DNA of 62,948 nucleotides, counting the filler, from Dugesia japonica (lineage: Eukaryota): assembly GCA_001938525.1 (NCBI GenBank). It is 5 parts of 5 records of this genome, joined end to end, with 100 filler letters (N's around TTAATTAATTAA, not from the genome) between each part and the next. Parts side by side here need not be neighbours in the genome. Positions count along the whole stretch, not along the records: positions 1 to 11,186 come from MQRL01504079.1; positions 11,287 to 22,783 come from MQRL01597080.1; 3 more parts are not named here. One strand, written 5' to 3'. The notes under the pieces were generated by a model. The model was not told the DNA's origin, did no database searches, and was given only the letters and a program-made list of their open reading frames with translations. Both the position numbers and the translations under genes were made by a program. Shown here one piece after another: positions 1-11,383 of this stretch (positions are counted from its first letter, which is position 1; each line of letters starts with the position of its first letter).

Positions 1-343
1 TTACGATGAGCCAATCAAATAAACAAAATTGGGTGGAAACTTTACCATTTGCAGAAATGAGCATGCGATCAACTTAATCAAAGAAACAAAATATTTCCCC
101 ATTCGAAATAATATTTGGTACTGAATAATAAAAGCATAACACGGAATATTCACCAAGTAAAACGGTTCAAGGGAGAAATTTGACAAACTAGTTACAAATC
201 TGAGTCTATCATCAGTGGAATACCGAGACCTAATACATTAGAGTTAGAGAAAACCGAAAATAAAGACATGCGTTACCCAATTCGAGAACGAAAAGTAAAT
301 CCTAAATACCATCAATAAATCCGAGAGGGGGATGTAGAAATAG
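1..343 (+). mobile_element. Ty3/gypsy integrase C-terminal remnant with polypurine tract and start of 3' LTR
   Basis: Frame 3 reads NWVETLPFAEMSMRST*SKKQNISPFEIIFG (integrase core end). GAGAGGGGGA PPT is immediately followed by TGTAG at ~333, then an N gap. Confidence 0.7.
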
Positions 344-418
344 NNNNNNNNNNNNNNNNNNNNNNNNNNNNNNNNNNNNNNNNNNNNNNNNNNGTTTTGT
401 GTAGCTACTTCTTTTTAG

Positions 419-1139
419 TTATAAAACAACAATTGCCTTTCCTGTTATTCGATTTAAAAATGCAACTTTAATCGGTTTATCGGTTGAAATTATTTCTAAA
501 AGCATTAATTCCATTTTCGGTGCTAATCTACATTCAGGAATATGTAATTCGAGAGTCATTAATTTTAAATTTGGAGTGCCCTCTCCTTTAAATAAAAGTT
601 TATTATTAATTTGTCTATAACAATTAAATTCAATCATTGTATTGTAACGCACCCGGTTAAAATTCTGCATGAATCCAAATAAATTTCTCAATGGAAAATA
701 ACCTTCAAATTTTTTAGAAGCATAAAATTTCTTTCTTCTATCTTCTTCTAGAATCCATCCTGATAATTCTCCATATATTTCTCTATTAGTATAATTTGTT
801 GTAATAAAATTTAACATTGTTGATATTGTGCCAGGATCTTTAATAACTTCTACATCAGATGCTCTAAGTTTGAATCTCATAAATTTAAAATAAAGATGGG
901 AAAAAATTATTTTCTAGTTATGCAGTTTTTTCTTCGGTATATTCTAATTCTATTCTAAAGTATAACATTGCATTACAAATATCCAACGAATTTGTTGATT
1001 TTAAAGATTGAAAAGTTATCTTCCCATCTTTTATTAAATTTGTAATTGTACTAGATGACGGTGAAATTTTTAAAATGTCATTTTTAAATATTTTACGAGT
1101 AAACATAATATTATTATCGAGATTTATTTTTGCTTCCAT
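419..1139 (-). pseudogene. Polinton/Maverick double-jelly-roll major capsid protein, N-terminal portion (type distinct from the hexon at 16.6 kb)
   Basis: ORFs 918-1139 and 419-880 join through a stop and a frameshift. The motifs LENNFFP, PGTISTMLNFI, GWILE, FPLRNLFGF, LELHIPECRL and IKVAFLNR follow the pattern of invertebrate Polinton DJR capsids. Confidence 0.7.
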
Positions 1140-1142
1140 TTT

Positions 1143-2480
1143 CTATAGTAATTCTTTAAAGCTGGTCAAATATTTTTCCCATCTCAGCTGCTCCTCTCCA
1201 TTTTCTTCTACAATTACCATTACTATCAGCATTACAATTGGCATCACTATTAGCATCACTATTACAATTGACCCTACAGTTACCATTACAGTTGGCCCTA
1301 ACATTAGCATTACAGTTAGCATTATTTTTTCACTATGGACTTTTTTTTCAAGTCTTTCTTCTAATGAAATAAATCTTCCATTTGAATCTCTTTCCATTAA
1401 AGTTTTTGTTGTTCTTTTATTATGTGGAATATTATATTTAATTAAATATTTTTTTATTGTTTTTTCATTAAATGAATGAAGTTTACAAAAATCTTTTATT
1501 GAATTTTTTTTAAAATTATAATTTTTCATCATTGTCTGTAAAACAGTTTCCATTTTTTATAATAATTTTTTTTAGCTGTTGCTCTAGTTATACTTGGGCA
1601 TACTTCTGGGACTTTCACGCATTTAGATTTCTAAGTAATTTTTTCTTTTCCTTCTAAATTATTATAAAAATTTATAATCTCTTTTTGTGAAAGTCGCTTT
1701 CTATTTTCTTTTAATGTAAATGAAAAACTCATGTCTTTATGGTTATTGTTGGTTTCCTTTTTTTAGAATTAAGACATTCATTTTCTAAATTTTGAAAAAT
1801 AAAAATTGACACTAATGATTTAAATGCTTTCTTATCTTTTTCTATTATTTCAATTTCATTTATTTTTTTATATATTTCATTAAGATTAATCAATTTTTCT
1901 TCTACTATATCTTTTGTTAATTTATTTTTTCTATATTCTTTAATTTTATCAACACTTATATTTTCATAAATTAAATCATTAATTGTCTCAAGTAAAATAT
2001 CTAACCCCATTTTTTTTCTATCATTTTTTATAAAGAAAAACATTAGTTAATGCCAACATATCTTTTGCATTTCTATGCTTTCTAGTTCTTTTTTGGAATT
2101 GAAAACCAAGCTCTTCATAAGTCACCATTTCTGGTTTTGATTCTTCATTTAATTTTTTTAATGCTACATTATGTTCATCTCGCTTGGTTTGTAATTTTTG
2201 TTTTACTTCTTCAATTCTTTCACACGCAGTTGCCTTACACTCAGCATCTGTTAATAGAGCCATCTGGTATGTTGCTAGTGATTTAAACATTTTCTTTTCT
2301 ATTTCAGATACATTTAGTTGATTAATTTTTTAAGCATTTCTCCAAGATCAACTAAATTTACATTTGCTATATCTTCTGTTATTTTTATTTTTTTATATCC
2401 TTCAATTTCATTTAAACTCATGTTTTCTATGCCTCTCATATTTTTATTCTAACCCAACCTTTTTTTTTTCACTTCCATTT
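1143..2480 (-). pseudogene. Tightly packed, co-oriented small Lys-rich ORFs upstream of the capsid gene (probable Maverick accessory genes)
   Basis: ORFs 1143-1553, 1729-2043 and 2021-2290 abut or overlap in virus-like fashion next to the capsid gene. No family recognised. Confidence 0.45.
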
Positions 2481-2974
2481 TTCTAAAGAAATATTTTAAA
2501 ACAACAACTCTGAAATGAAATATTTTTTAGATGGTTTTTCCAACACATTAAAAATATGAAAACTAGTAACGTAATGAAGTTTGGCAGAAAATTTTCAATT
2601 CTAGTTCTTTGAATTCTGGAATATCTCTTTCATATTTATTATAATACTGACTGCAGCATATGTTTTGTACTCTTAAAAAATTAAATCATTTTAAGCATTA
2701 AACTACGATATTTTATTCAAAGTAAGTATTATTTTGAAATTCGACAAGAATTCTGATAAAAAACAAAATATTGAACAATGAAATTAAATTGAAAATATAA
2801 AGATTAATGCAAAGAGAATGAGGAATGGAATTGTTAATATAAAATACAGACGATCTCGTCTAATAACCATCAAGTTATTTTCCTTTTATTATCACACAAC
2901 ATATAATAATTTCAATATTAATATCCTAAACAAATATTTACATATTTTCGCACAAAAAAATTAATCATCGCACA

Positions 2975-5250
2975 TAACATCAGCTCCTGGTCTAAATAAC
3001 ATTACGTATCAGGATCTGAAATCCGCTGACCCAAAGTGCGCTCTTATACACAAATTTTTTTATGAAGATTTTATCCTCTGGTGTTATCCCTGACAGTTGG
3101 AAAACTTACTCGACACTGATTATCCAAAAACCGAGAAAAGCTAGATCATACCCTGAAGTCTCATCATTGCGACCTATTGCTTTGCTAGACTGTCTGTACA
3201 AGCTTTTCATGGCTTATCTTACATCTCAGTTGTCGAGTTGGGTGATGAAATCCAAGTTGCTACACAACCTACAGAAAAGTGCTGGTGAGTCGGAGGGCGG
3301 TCTTGAACACAATTTTTGTTGCGATTTCTGCTGGATGAGCAGACCCAATATCCTAAATTCAGCTTGTATATTGGCTTCCTTGATATTGCAGATGCTTTCA
3401 TAAGCATTACCATAGAGCACCATCTTGGCCTGCTCACAAGAATGGGTGTCTGTAAAAGTTACACTAATTTAATTAGAGGACTGTACACTGACTGCTCCAG
3501 TTACTATACTTGCAATGGAACTTCCACTAGTCCCGTCGCAAACAAAAGAGGCGTCCGGCAGGGTTGTCCGTTATCCATTTTATTGTTCAACATAGAGATT
3601 AATCCGATCATAAGCAAGATAACAAAGACTTCTGGGGCTGATGTGTTTTTTGCTAGCCACTCGATTTCTTGCTTAGCTTATGCAGACGACCTCGCTCTTG
3701 TAGTTTCATCAAAAGCAAGTCTAAAATAATAGCGAACTCATTCAAATTACAATCAAGGGAGAACCGGTCCCTAAACTTCAACACCGGGATTCTTATAGGT
3801 ACATTGGAGTAGATGTTGGCCGCGATCATTTCCAAACTCCAACTGAAATGTTTAAAAAATTAGCCAGTGACCTTGAAAAGATAACAAACTCGGTTCTCTT
3901 TCCTTGGCAGAAAATCCACTCGTATCGAATCTTTATCCACTCTAGGTTCACGTTCGCGTTCAGTAATTTCAACATTCCATTGAGTAAATTCAATTGCAGC
4001 GGCCATTCCAAAAACGGCGTAACTTATAGGGCCCAGGGCATTGACAAACAAATCCGCACCTCAATCCGACAAATTCTTGCAGTTCCTGTGTGGGCACCCT
4101 CTGAATATCTTTACAGTTCCCGAAAATTAGGGGGATTGGTCTAAACTCTGTGAGGGACGAATACTCTGTGTAATCTTTAGTACAAGCATTCAAAATGTGT
4201 GCATGTCCAGATGAGATTGTACGGGACGTGGCGAGCCATAATTTGATTCATATGGCCACTAAACACTTAAAGCGCTCAATTGATGAAGCACTGGACTGAC
4301 TCTCTCTCGACACCACCAAGTTTAATCTCATGTGTTGGTGGTCGAAAGTTCATGACGCAATCGCCTACCTTTTTAGAGTGCTTCATCTGCAGATAAAATT
4401 CAAGCGTAATGAGCTTGGATTTTGAATGCAGGTGATTGATTGCGTCGATGAAGGAAACTATTTGATTTCCTTCAAGGACCAGAGAGCAATGACTAAACTG
4501 CTTCATGGTATGCTAAGTTGGACACGAAGTAGGAAATAAAATGCCTTGTTGAAGGCTGGATCGCTTTCCACTGAGATGTGGGCGTCCCCACTGTCAACCA
4601 ACCTTTTGTATGATGGCTCTATTAAGTCTGAGTAATGGTGTTTTATACACCGTGCAAGAACTAGCACACTTTCAGTAGGTTGGAATTATGAGATGTTATT
4701 CAAATCCTGCCGGAAGTGTGGCTACCACTTGGAAACGCAAGCACGTGTCCTATGTCATTGTCCCCCTCCTCGGCTTTTAAGTCTCGGCGACACAATGACG
4801 TGCTCAATCTACTCGCCAGATTTATTAGAGCCAAAACTTGTTATAAAGTATTCGTCGATCAGACATGTGACTTTGTTAACAGGACTGATAGCCTTGACTT
4901 GCAATTATTTAATAGCGAGGGAAAGTGAATAATATTACTGGATGAATAAACCCGTTATGATACATCCAGTAACCTAAAGTTTTTGAGGGACTCGAACATT
5001 GCGAAGTACACACCACTCAAGAAGGACATCCAAAGGAACTTTCCAAGTTGGAAAGTCTTCATTGAGACGATGTCAATTGGATGTTTTTGATCGTAGTGTG
5101 TACAGAATGAGCCTGTTCTCAAACAGGTTGTGTTTATTGTGTTTATTTTTATTACAAGCTGGCCAAACCAGGACATGTTCAAACCTGGGGAGGATCTTCT
5201 AACCTGAAACAGGGTTTTATTTTTCGCGGTGGATGAATAATTAAATAATC
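2975..5250 (+). mobile_element. 5'-truncated non-LTR retrotransposon with RT and restriction-like endonuclease (NeSL/Utopia-like), decayed
   Basis: RT motifs APGLNNITY, LRPIALL, GVRQGCPLS and YADDLAL. LFPWQK motif, WCFIHRART, zinc knuckle CRKCG..ET...VLCHC, RHNDVL and a degenerate PD-(D/E)xK region. Multiple frameshifts and stops. Confidence 0.85.
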
Positions 5251-5635
5251 TCTTCTTAAAATCGACCAATTATATTTAAATTCTAAAAATATAAAACACA
5301 AAATTTACAACTAGTTTTTAAAAACAACCTAATCTTACATAATGACTAATATACACCTAATATGCATAATATTAAAATAAGCGTTTAAAATAAATAAATA
5401 AAATTTAATTAATTATATGCGAATAAAAATAAAAAGTACTTAAAAAATTCGATAATCACACATTTTCTCACAGTGGTCATAAAGAAAATATATTATTTTG
5501 TAATTTTTAATGCAAATGTTAAAAGCATTATTAATCTGTAATAAATTATATCTTCATAATTATCGATGTTAGTAAATTCATAGTATTAATTACAAATTAT
5601 TAGAAATGAGAACATAAAATCCAAATATGTATTTA

Positions 5636-7685
5636 ATAGGTCGACACATAAGTAATGTCATCTTTATACGGTAAACCTTAAACAAAAAAAATAACACAAA
5701 ACAGGTATATTATTACAATCCATAGACATCTTTGTTTTCTGTGTCATTGTTTTTCAATTTACAAAGTAATTTAATGATGCCATCTTTATATACATTTACT
5801 GGCTTCCAATCGAAAAACTATTGGATGGAAATATTTACAGATAAGTGACGAACATTGGCCAGATCAAAAAATGTTGAATTGCCCAGAAAAATAGTAGTGT
5901 GAAGGTGCAATGCTCGGACTCTATGGAAGATGACATAAAAGTCCCTAACCAAAGTCGGTAATCTTCTGACTTGTCTTCTTTGCGGTATGCGGTCGTGCAT
6001 TATTTTTATAAACAATGATTCCATTTCTGTCTGCCAAAGCTGGGCACTCTTTTCAATTTCATCTTTCCATCTATCCAACTGAGCTCAAGACACACCTACG
6101 GTTATTGTTTCACCCGGTTTCAGAATCTCAAAATGCATAATAGCAATATCGGATCGCCAAACACTTAAAATGAACTTTCCCTCATGAATATTTGGTTTTG
6201 TAGTGATTGTCTTTCTCAAGATAAACGCCATTGCCTTTTACGACTGCAGTTGTCGTAAATAACCCATTTCTCGTCACGATAAGATTCATGAAGTCTTCAT
6301 TATTTTGTTTAAAAATGAGCATTTTACAAATTGAAACACGTTTCATTTTTTGGCCATCGGTAAGTTCAAGAGACCTCATATTTCTGGCTTGCTTTCTTTA
6401 CCCATCTTCTTGAAATGTCAATGAATTGTATCCTTGTTGATTCCTGTATTGACTATGAACTCATTTCAACCTGTTTTTGACTTAGATTATTTTCAATCTA
6501 TGCCAGTATGTCAGTATCCATAGTCGATGACCGGCCTATTCTAGGAGTGTCTGCTAAATTAAAATATTCAACTTTTAATCAAGTGACGGGGTCACATGCA
6601 TAAATCACATACAAAAAGTGACCTTCAAATTATCAATCAACAACCAAAGGTCCGGCCAATTACTCCTCGACAATATCAATTCCAAGCAATGAACAACAAA
6701 TTTTTTGACTCTATTCTATTATGATAAATAACAAAGAAATTTTATTTTGTTTGTACAAAATTAAAGATTTTATTTAATTATTTAATTTATTATTTTATTC
6801 ATTATTATTTGTATATAGATATGAACTTTATTATAAAGGTTAATCAGACAAAATGTTTTCAAAAACAGTACATTTGAAATTTTTATAAACAATAACTTGG
6901 AATCATATGTATTTATTGATTAAAATTATGTAAGTAAATTATTTATGGAAAATCTTTTAAAAATTATGTAAAGTATGAATGATTAAACAGTAGGTCGGCG
7001 CATGGAGGCCTAGTGTAAATTTAGTATAAATATAAGACGCTAACATCAGATTTTCTCATTTAAAGAGACACTGACATCTAAGGGAAACTGTACTCTGCTC
7101 AATAAAAATATTGCGCTTAAGGTGTTGGCTCTAGTTGTTATTTTATTATACATCAAAAATAAAGAATTTCAAAAAGGTTTATCTTTATTTATTTATATAA
7201 GGTCAATTACATGATATCACCCTATCTATATTGAATAATTATATTTGATTTATAGTATAGTATTACATACAACAAAAAATACAAAAATCAACTTCCGCAA
7301 AATCATCAAGTGTATTAGTCATAAAATACGAACCATAAAATTACGTTGCTGAGTAGAAATACCCAACACAATCAAACCATCTATGTTATTTTCTGACATC
7401 AACAGCATCCGACTAGACTTGGTTATTTGATATTCCAACTTCTGATTCCGTTTAACCATGATGAAATTCGTAAATCATACAATGTCGTATGTGATCTTCA
7501 TTCGTCATTTGTCTGTTATTTCTACAAATTTAAGGCATATTCATCAAATTATTTGAAAAATATTTATTCATTAAATTTACTTCATAAAATCGCCAAAAAC
7601 AATTGGTTTTGATAGATTTAAACGATTTATTAATTGATTGAATATGAATTATTAAAAAAACAACATTACTTAGGTGTCGACCTAA
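5636..7685 (-). mobile_element. Full-length decayed mariner transposon interrupted by a 789-bp insertion
   Basis: 22-bp TIRs (ATAGGTCGACACATAAGTAATG at 5636; reverse complement ending at 7685, 2 mismatches), each flanked by TA. N-terminus MTNEDHIRHCMIYEF..RWF at ~7508-7375 resumes as FNLADTPRIGR and ELTDGQKMKRVSIC..FMNLIVT. Confidence 0.85.
6582..7370. mobile_element. Solo-LTR-like insertion in the mariner transposase
   Basis: Flanked by a 4-bp direct repeat ATCA (6578-6581, 7371-7374). Termini AGTGACGGGG...CCCAACACA. Internal TATAAA and AATAAA. Non-coding. Confidence 0.6.
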
Positions 7686-8049
7686 TAAATGTTTGTGTTT
7701 TGTATTCAAACATTTGTTCTTAAAATAAAGGAGTTTTTAAAAAAATTATCAATGAAAACAAACATTCAAAAATTATGCTCACTTTTCAAATTAATTAATT
7801 AACTTTTTTAATTAAACGTTTACATTTGAAATATTCACATTCATTAAAGAGTATGATTTGAGATAATTAGATAACATAATTTCAGATAAGAGAATATAAT
7901 TTTTTGCAAGTTGTGTTATTATTATATTTCTTTTAAAATATTTAATCAAAAATAATTAATTTCATAATTTTAATTTATAGTTATATTTTACATGTTACTT
8001 AAAATTAAATTATTAAAAAATTTAATGTCAAGCAATTTACCTAGTCCAA

Positions 8050-8990
8050 TATCAACAATTATAAAATCTAAACTTTCTTTCTTTGACTTATTAATTGAAA
8101 GAAAGTCCATATATTATAAAACAGAGATTTATAACAAACACTCGGATACAGGCATGCATTTGTTAATCTCGTTACAAGCATAACATAACTAAAGGACTGT
8201 TATAGATCGTAGACTCTTTCCTCTTAATATTTGAAGATTTGTGTTAATATTCAAAGTTTAACTTCTTCATTAAGTAAAAATGGTTATAGATCATTCATAG
8301 AAATAATAATGAAATTAAAGATTTAATTTAAATTGTAAAAATATTATCAAAGACCCAAATAAGATAGATAAGTTTAGTTACGTATTAACCATTCCGTATA
8401 TAGAAGGTTTTAAACAATTTATGAGTGGGTTAATTAAATATAGAAATGACTCTTTGAATTTTACGTTGTTTTGAAGTCTTATATATATGTTTAGTAATAA
8501 GTCTAAAACACCAATTCAATTGTGTTCTTATCTTGTTTATAAATATGAATGTAATGGATGTAATGACATATACAAACAAGTTTTAACTTCCCATCATCTC
8601 TGTACGAGAATTCAAGAACATCGTCGAGTTGGTAGTGGTAGTAATATTGCTGAGCATAATATTAATTGTAAATCAATTATCAGTATAAATAATTTTCAAA
8701 TTTTGTGCAAAAACTTTAAAGATTATTGGGAGAGAGTCATGTGTGAAGCATTGCTGATTAGATCAATTGATCCAAAAATTAATGTTCAAACTGGTCTTTC
8801 TAAATCTTTATTGAATGTTTTTAATTAATTTGATTTATTGGAGAGATTTTATTATTGGTTACATAATCAGAACTTTTTATATATAAACATTTTTTTAAAA
8901 AATAAAAAAGGAATAAATATTTTTTCAATAAAGAATTTTCAAAAAAGAATTAAATTATTGTATCTGAAGATGACAGATTTTCTGTCATTT
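8050..8990 (+). mobile_element. Penelope-like element 3' part: RT thumb remnant and GIY-YIG endonuclease
   Basis: KLSFFDLLIERK..KTEIYNKHSDTG (RT end). ORF 8487-8828 reads LVYKYECNGCNDIY..RIQEH..SNIAEH..EALLI..PKIN. Downstream CTGAAGA plus a GACAGA/TCTGTC hairpin at ~8964 resembles a truncated hammerhead. Confidence 0.85.
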
Positions 8991-9136
8991 TTTTTGTAAT
9001 ACCAAACTTTATATTTAGATGGCGTTTTAGAGTTTAAAATAAAATAGTCATCGTTATATAATTTCAGTATTTTCCTGAGAATAACTAGCATCCGAAAAGA
9101 TCCAAACCTAATATTATTCAAAAATTCTTTATAAAT

Positions 9137-9345
9137 AGTAGATAGATAGTAGCGCACTGGAACAAACCCCCGTCAAGGTCAAATTTTTTCAAGGTCAGTG
9201 TTCTAGTATACTTCATTCTCATTGACTGAAATAATTCAAGGTCAAATTTTCAAGGTCAGATTGATTAAGTATACACAGTTCTGAGAAAATTTGAAGGTCG
9301 AATCAATGGAGATCAAGGTTAAAGGAAAGTAGGTCAAGGTTATTT
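9137..9345 (+). repeat. Probable Polinton/Maverick terminus with clustered TCAAGGTCA repeats
   Basis: Begins AGTAGATAGATAGTAGCGCAC (near-copy at 48543). Four perfect TCAAGGTCA and several variants within 170 bp. Lies about 1.3 kb from the pPolB 3' end. Confidence 0.55.
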
Positions 9346-9519
9346 CTATGACAACTATCATCCAGCATACTTAATATTTGATTTACCCGCACAGACTTAA
9401 TTTTATTATTTTATTTATTTATTTTTTTTAAATATATTTGTTACACTACTAATGAAAATAAAAAATAATTTAAAAATGAATGTTTATTTTATAAAAAATA
9501 ATTAACAGTCAATAAAATC

Positions 9520-10300
9520 AAATATATTTGTTGGTTTTTTCTTTAATTGTTGGTTTTGAACCTTTAATTATCAGTATTCCTTCTTCAATCATTGGCACAT
9601 CTTCAAATGTTTGTACATCGGCTATCATTTCAACATCCTCTTGAATATTTTCTAAGTTTTCATTAAAATAAGAAAAGGCTTCGATAAAAATAAAATTTAT
9701 TTGTAAAAAGGTTCAAATTTTCGACAATAGTCTTCTGCAGGAACATAAGTTATTCATTATTTAAATAATAAATTAATAAAAAAATCTTACCTATAGCTTC
9801 AAAAAATATTTCCTTCTTCTCTTCTTTATTCAATTCTACAACATTTTGTTCATTTTCATCGAAATAATTTATATCAATATATTCAACCATATCATCGATA
9901 AATTTACCTAAATTCATTATTGATTAAATGAAAAATGTTGATTTTGTTTATATTGGCCACTGTTGCAACTTCATTTTCTTTGTTTAACTTACATTCTAAT
10001 TGCGAAAATACATTACTCATGCTCATTGTATACTTGCATTTGAGTTGCATTGTCATTGTTTAACTTGCATTCCAGCTGCACATGTATGATGCAGTTGTTG
10101 ATGACTTGTACCTGTATAGCATTTTCTTTGTTTAACTTGCATTCTTATTGCGTAGCTGTATTACAAATGTTCTTTCTTATAATTGCACTTGTGTTGAAAT
10201 GCCTTTGTTTAACTTGCATTCAAGTTGCACAAGTATGACTCATAGTTTTTTTTCTTTAATTGCATCTGTATTGCATGTTCTTTGTTTAAATTTCTTTCTC
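9520..10300 (-). pseudogene. Spliced Maverick accessory gene with ~25-aa tandem repeats (QLECKLNKENAxQxQ) and acidic C-terminus
   Basis: Five repeat units at about 9981, 10057, 10129, 10206 and 10283. GT-AG-bounded exons KFIDDMVEYIDINYF..EAI and ENIQEDVEMIAD..KYI*. Partial homolog at ~13460-13625. Confidence 0.45.
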
Positions 10301-10515
10301 GAACTTATAATTTTGAGCCCTAATGAGAACTTATATACTCTTAATCAATATTTGTGGTCCTAAAGACGACTGTTACACGTTCACATATATACAATTTTCT
10401 TCTTTTTCCTGAATATAAAAATTTTAAATATTATCTAAAATCAAATAATTTCATACTTTGAGATAAACTGGATTGAGCATGATTGAGTTGGATTGCTTTT
10501 GATTGAGGAAAATAT

Positions 10516-10870
10516 TTACAATAAATAATGCCCGTATGGTAAGCTTAAATTTTTCTCTGTCAATGCTCGCTTATCATCCTTATTAAAGAGAGCTAGCTTT
10601 TTATTCTTAATACTGTAGAGCTGATGATCTTTTGATGTTATTCGAAATTGCTCTACTGAGACCGGTTCAATCTCATTATAACAGTCAAGGTATGACTGAT
10701 GACAAATTTCAGTACCTTTTAATGTTATGCCCTTAGCTTTCATTNNNNNNNNNNNNNNNNNNNNNNNNNNNNNNNNNNNNNNNNNNNNNNNNNNTCTTGA
10801 TATTTCTTCCCTTTACTCTCATCTTTGAACTTTCCAATTACTGAATTTAAATTATTTCTGTAAAGGGGGT
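10516..10870 (-). pseudogene. Protein-primed family B DNA polymerase (pPolB) C-terminus of a Polinton/Maverick
   Basis: VIGKFKDE, KAKGI, YLDC, ITSKDHQLYS, KLALFNKDDKR and LPYGHY motifs typical of the Polinton pPolB C-terminus. Interrupted by an N gap. Confidence 0.9.
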
Positions 10871-11230
10871 TAAAGTTAACAAATTTTTTTTTAAACAAGA
10901 AAATTTTATATTTTTTTAACAAGAAAATTTTTAAACAAAAAAAATTTTTTTTTACATTAAAATTTTTTAACAAGAAAATTTTTTTTTAAACAAGAAAATT
11001 TTTAAACAAATTTTTTTTTTCATTTATAATTTAATCAATATGTATTCATCAATAATTTATTTCCACATTTGACTTGAATCAGTCAATTCCTCACGAATCA
11101 TATACTTATTTCTATGTGTCAGGTATAACTTCATCAGAAATATCATCATTTGGAACCATATCAATTATTTCATCATCAATAATGACNNNNNNNNNNNNNN
11201 NNNNNNNNNNNNNNNNNNNNNNNNNNNNNN

Positions 11231-11242
11231 TTAATTAATTAA
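11231..11242. other. Artificial scaffold linker (N-run + TTAATTAATTAA + N-run); also at 22828, 31430, 51824
   Basis: Identical 12-mer with stops in all six frames, centred in N gaps four times. Confidence 0.9.
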
Positions 11243-11383
11243 NNNNNNNNNNNNNNNNNNNNNNNNNNNNNNNNNNNNNNNNNNNNTTTGTGATGATATT
11301 ATTCGAAACGATAAATAAAATAATAACTAGTCCTCCTTTTTATCTACTGAATTACTTAACTAAACATCAAAAATATAATTTAC

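Noticed and set aside
8960-8990. Functional hammerhead after the GIY-YIG ORF
   Set aside because: CTGAAGA and stem II are present, but GAAA and the cleavage site are missing; truncated.
9980-10290. Alternative frame TCAAGMQVKQRxC resembling thrombospondin type-1 repeats; also CRISPR-like spacing of the repeats
   Set aside because: Substitution pattern is synonymous only in the QLECKLNK frame. Spacers are themselves homologous, there are no cas genes, and the context is eukaryotic.
10880-11020. AACAAGAAAATTTT repeats within pPolB
   Set aside because: Low-complexity slippage expansion with no functional evidence.
11231-11242. TTAATTAATTAA palindrome recurring about every 10-20 kb
   Set aside because: Always centred in N runs and encodes six-frame stops; assembly linker.
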